17,361 nucleotides of DNA from Thermodesulfovibrionales bacterium (lineage in GTDB: Bacteria; Nitrospirota; Thermodesulfovibrionia; Thermodesulfovibrionales; UBA6898), in the NCBI GenBank assembly GCA_044450345.1, contig JBIOIY010000061.1, positions 1 to 17,361 on the forward strand, read 5' to 3'. The stretch's first letter is position 1; each line of letters starts with the position of its first letter. The position numbers and the translations under genes are program-made. Shown here piece after piece: positions 17,153 to 17,361 of the stretch. Below the pieces are notes generated by a model. It was not told the DNA's origin and did no database searches. It saw nothing but the letters and a program-made list of their open reading frames with translations.

Positions 17153-17361
17153 AAATCACGGGCACCCCGGACGTCTGTTAAGTACTTACGAAACCGCGCA
17201 ATTTTTAAAACTATATCGCTCATCATCAGCGTCCGACTGTTTTTTGCATAAAGCAATATAACTCATTGAAAGAATAATATAATAATGACATTTCGACCTG
17301 TTACCGACTTGAAATATTTTCAGCCAGTCGGTCATCGTTCCGGGGACACCCGGAAGGAGAC

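Overview
Bacterial chromosomal window, probably from a Gram-negative LPS producer; gene content and 6S RNA type suggest Nitrospirota (Thermodesulfovibrionia-like) or Desulfobacterota, which is an inference. It holds two core blocks: ssrS(6S)-rarA-rny-ymdB on the minus strand diverging from tatA-alr-CMD on the plus strand, and waaF::gmhB-waaC. Two accessory segments are interleaved. The left one (1-2480) encodes an MBL hydrolase, a stand-alone secreted Cache domain and a secreted GlcG/HbpS protein. The right one (about 8460-14470) encodes the best candidate for an undescribed system: a CrtC/AttH-like beta-barrel protein, an ABC ATPase and permease, and a three-domain membrane protein (PEMT/ICMT-like + PAP2/AUR1-like + divergent Lgt-like), followed by a convergent toxin-first RelE-type TA pair. 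A degenerate repeat of about 150 nt occurs in inverted orientation at the core-facing edge of both accessory segments. Other signals are a hairpin over the rarA SD, an inverted heptamer-repeat hairpin between rny and ymdB, and several apparently leaderless genes. No CRISPR array, integrase, transposase, tRNA or rRNA was seen. All calls come from reading motifs by eye; no searches were run.
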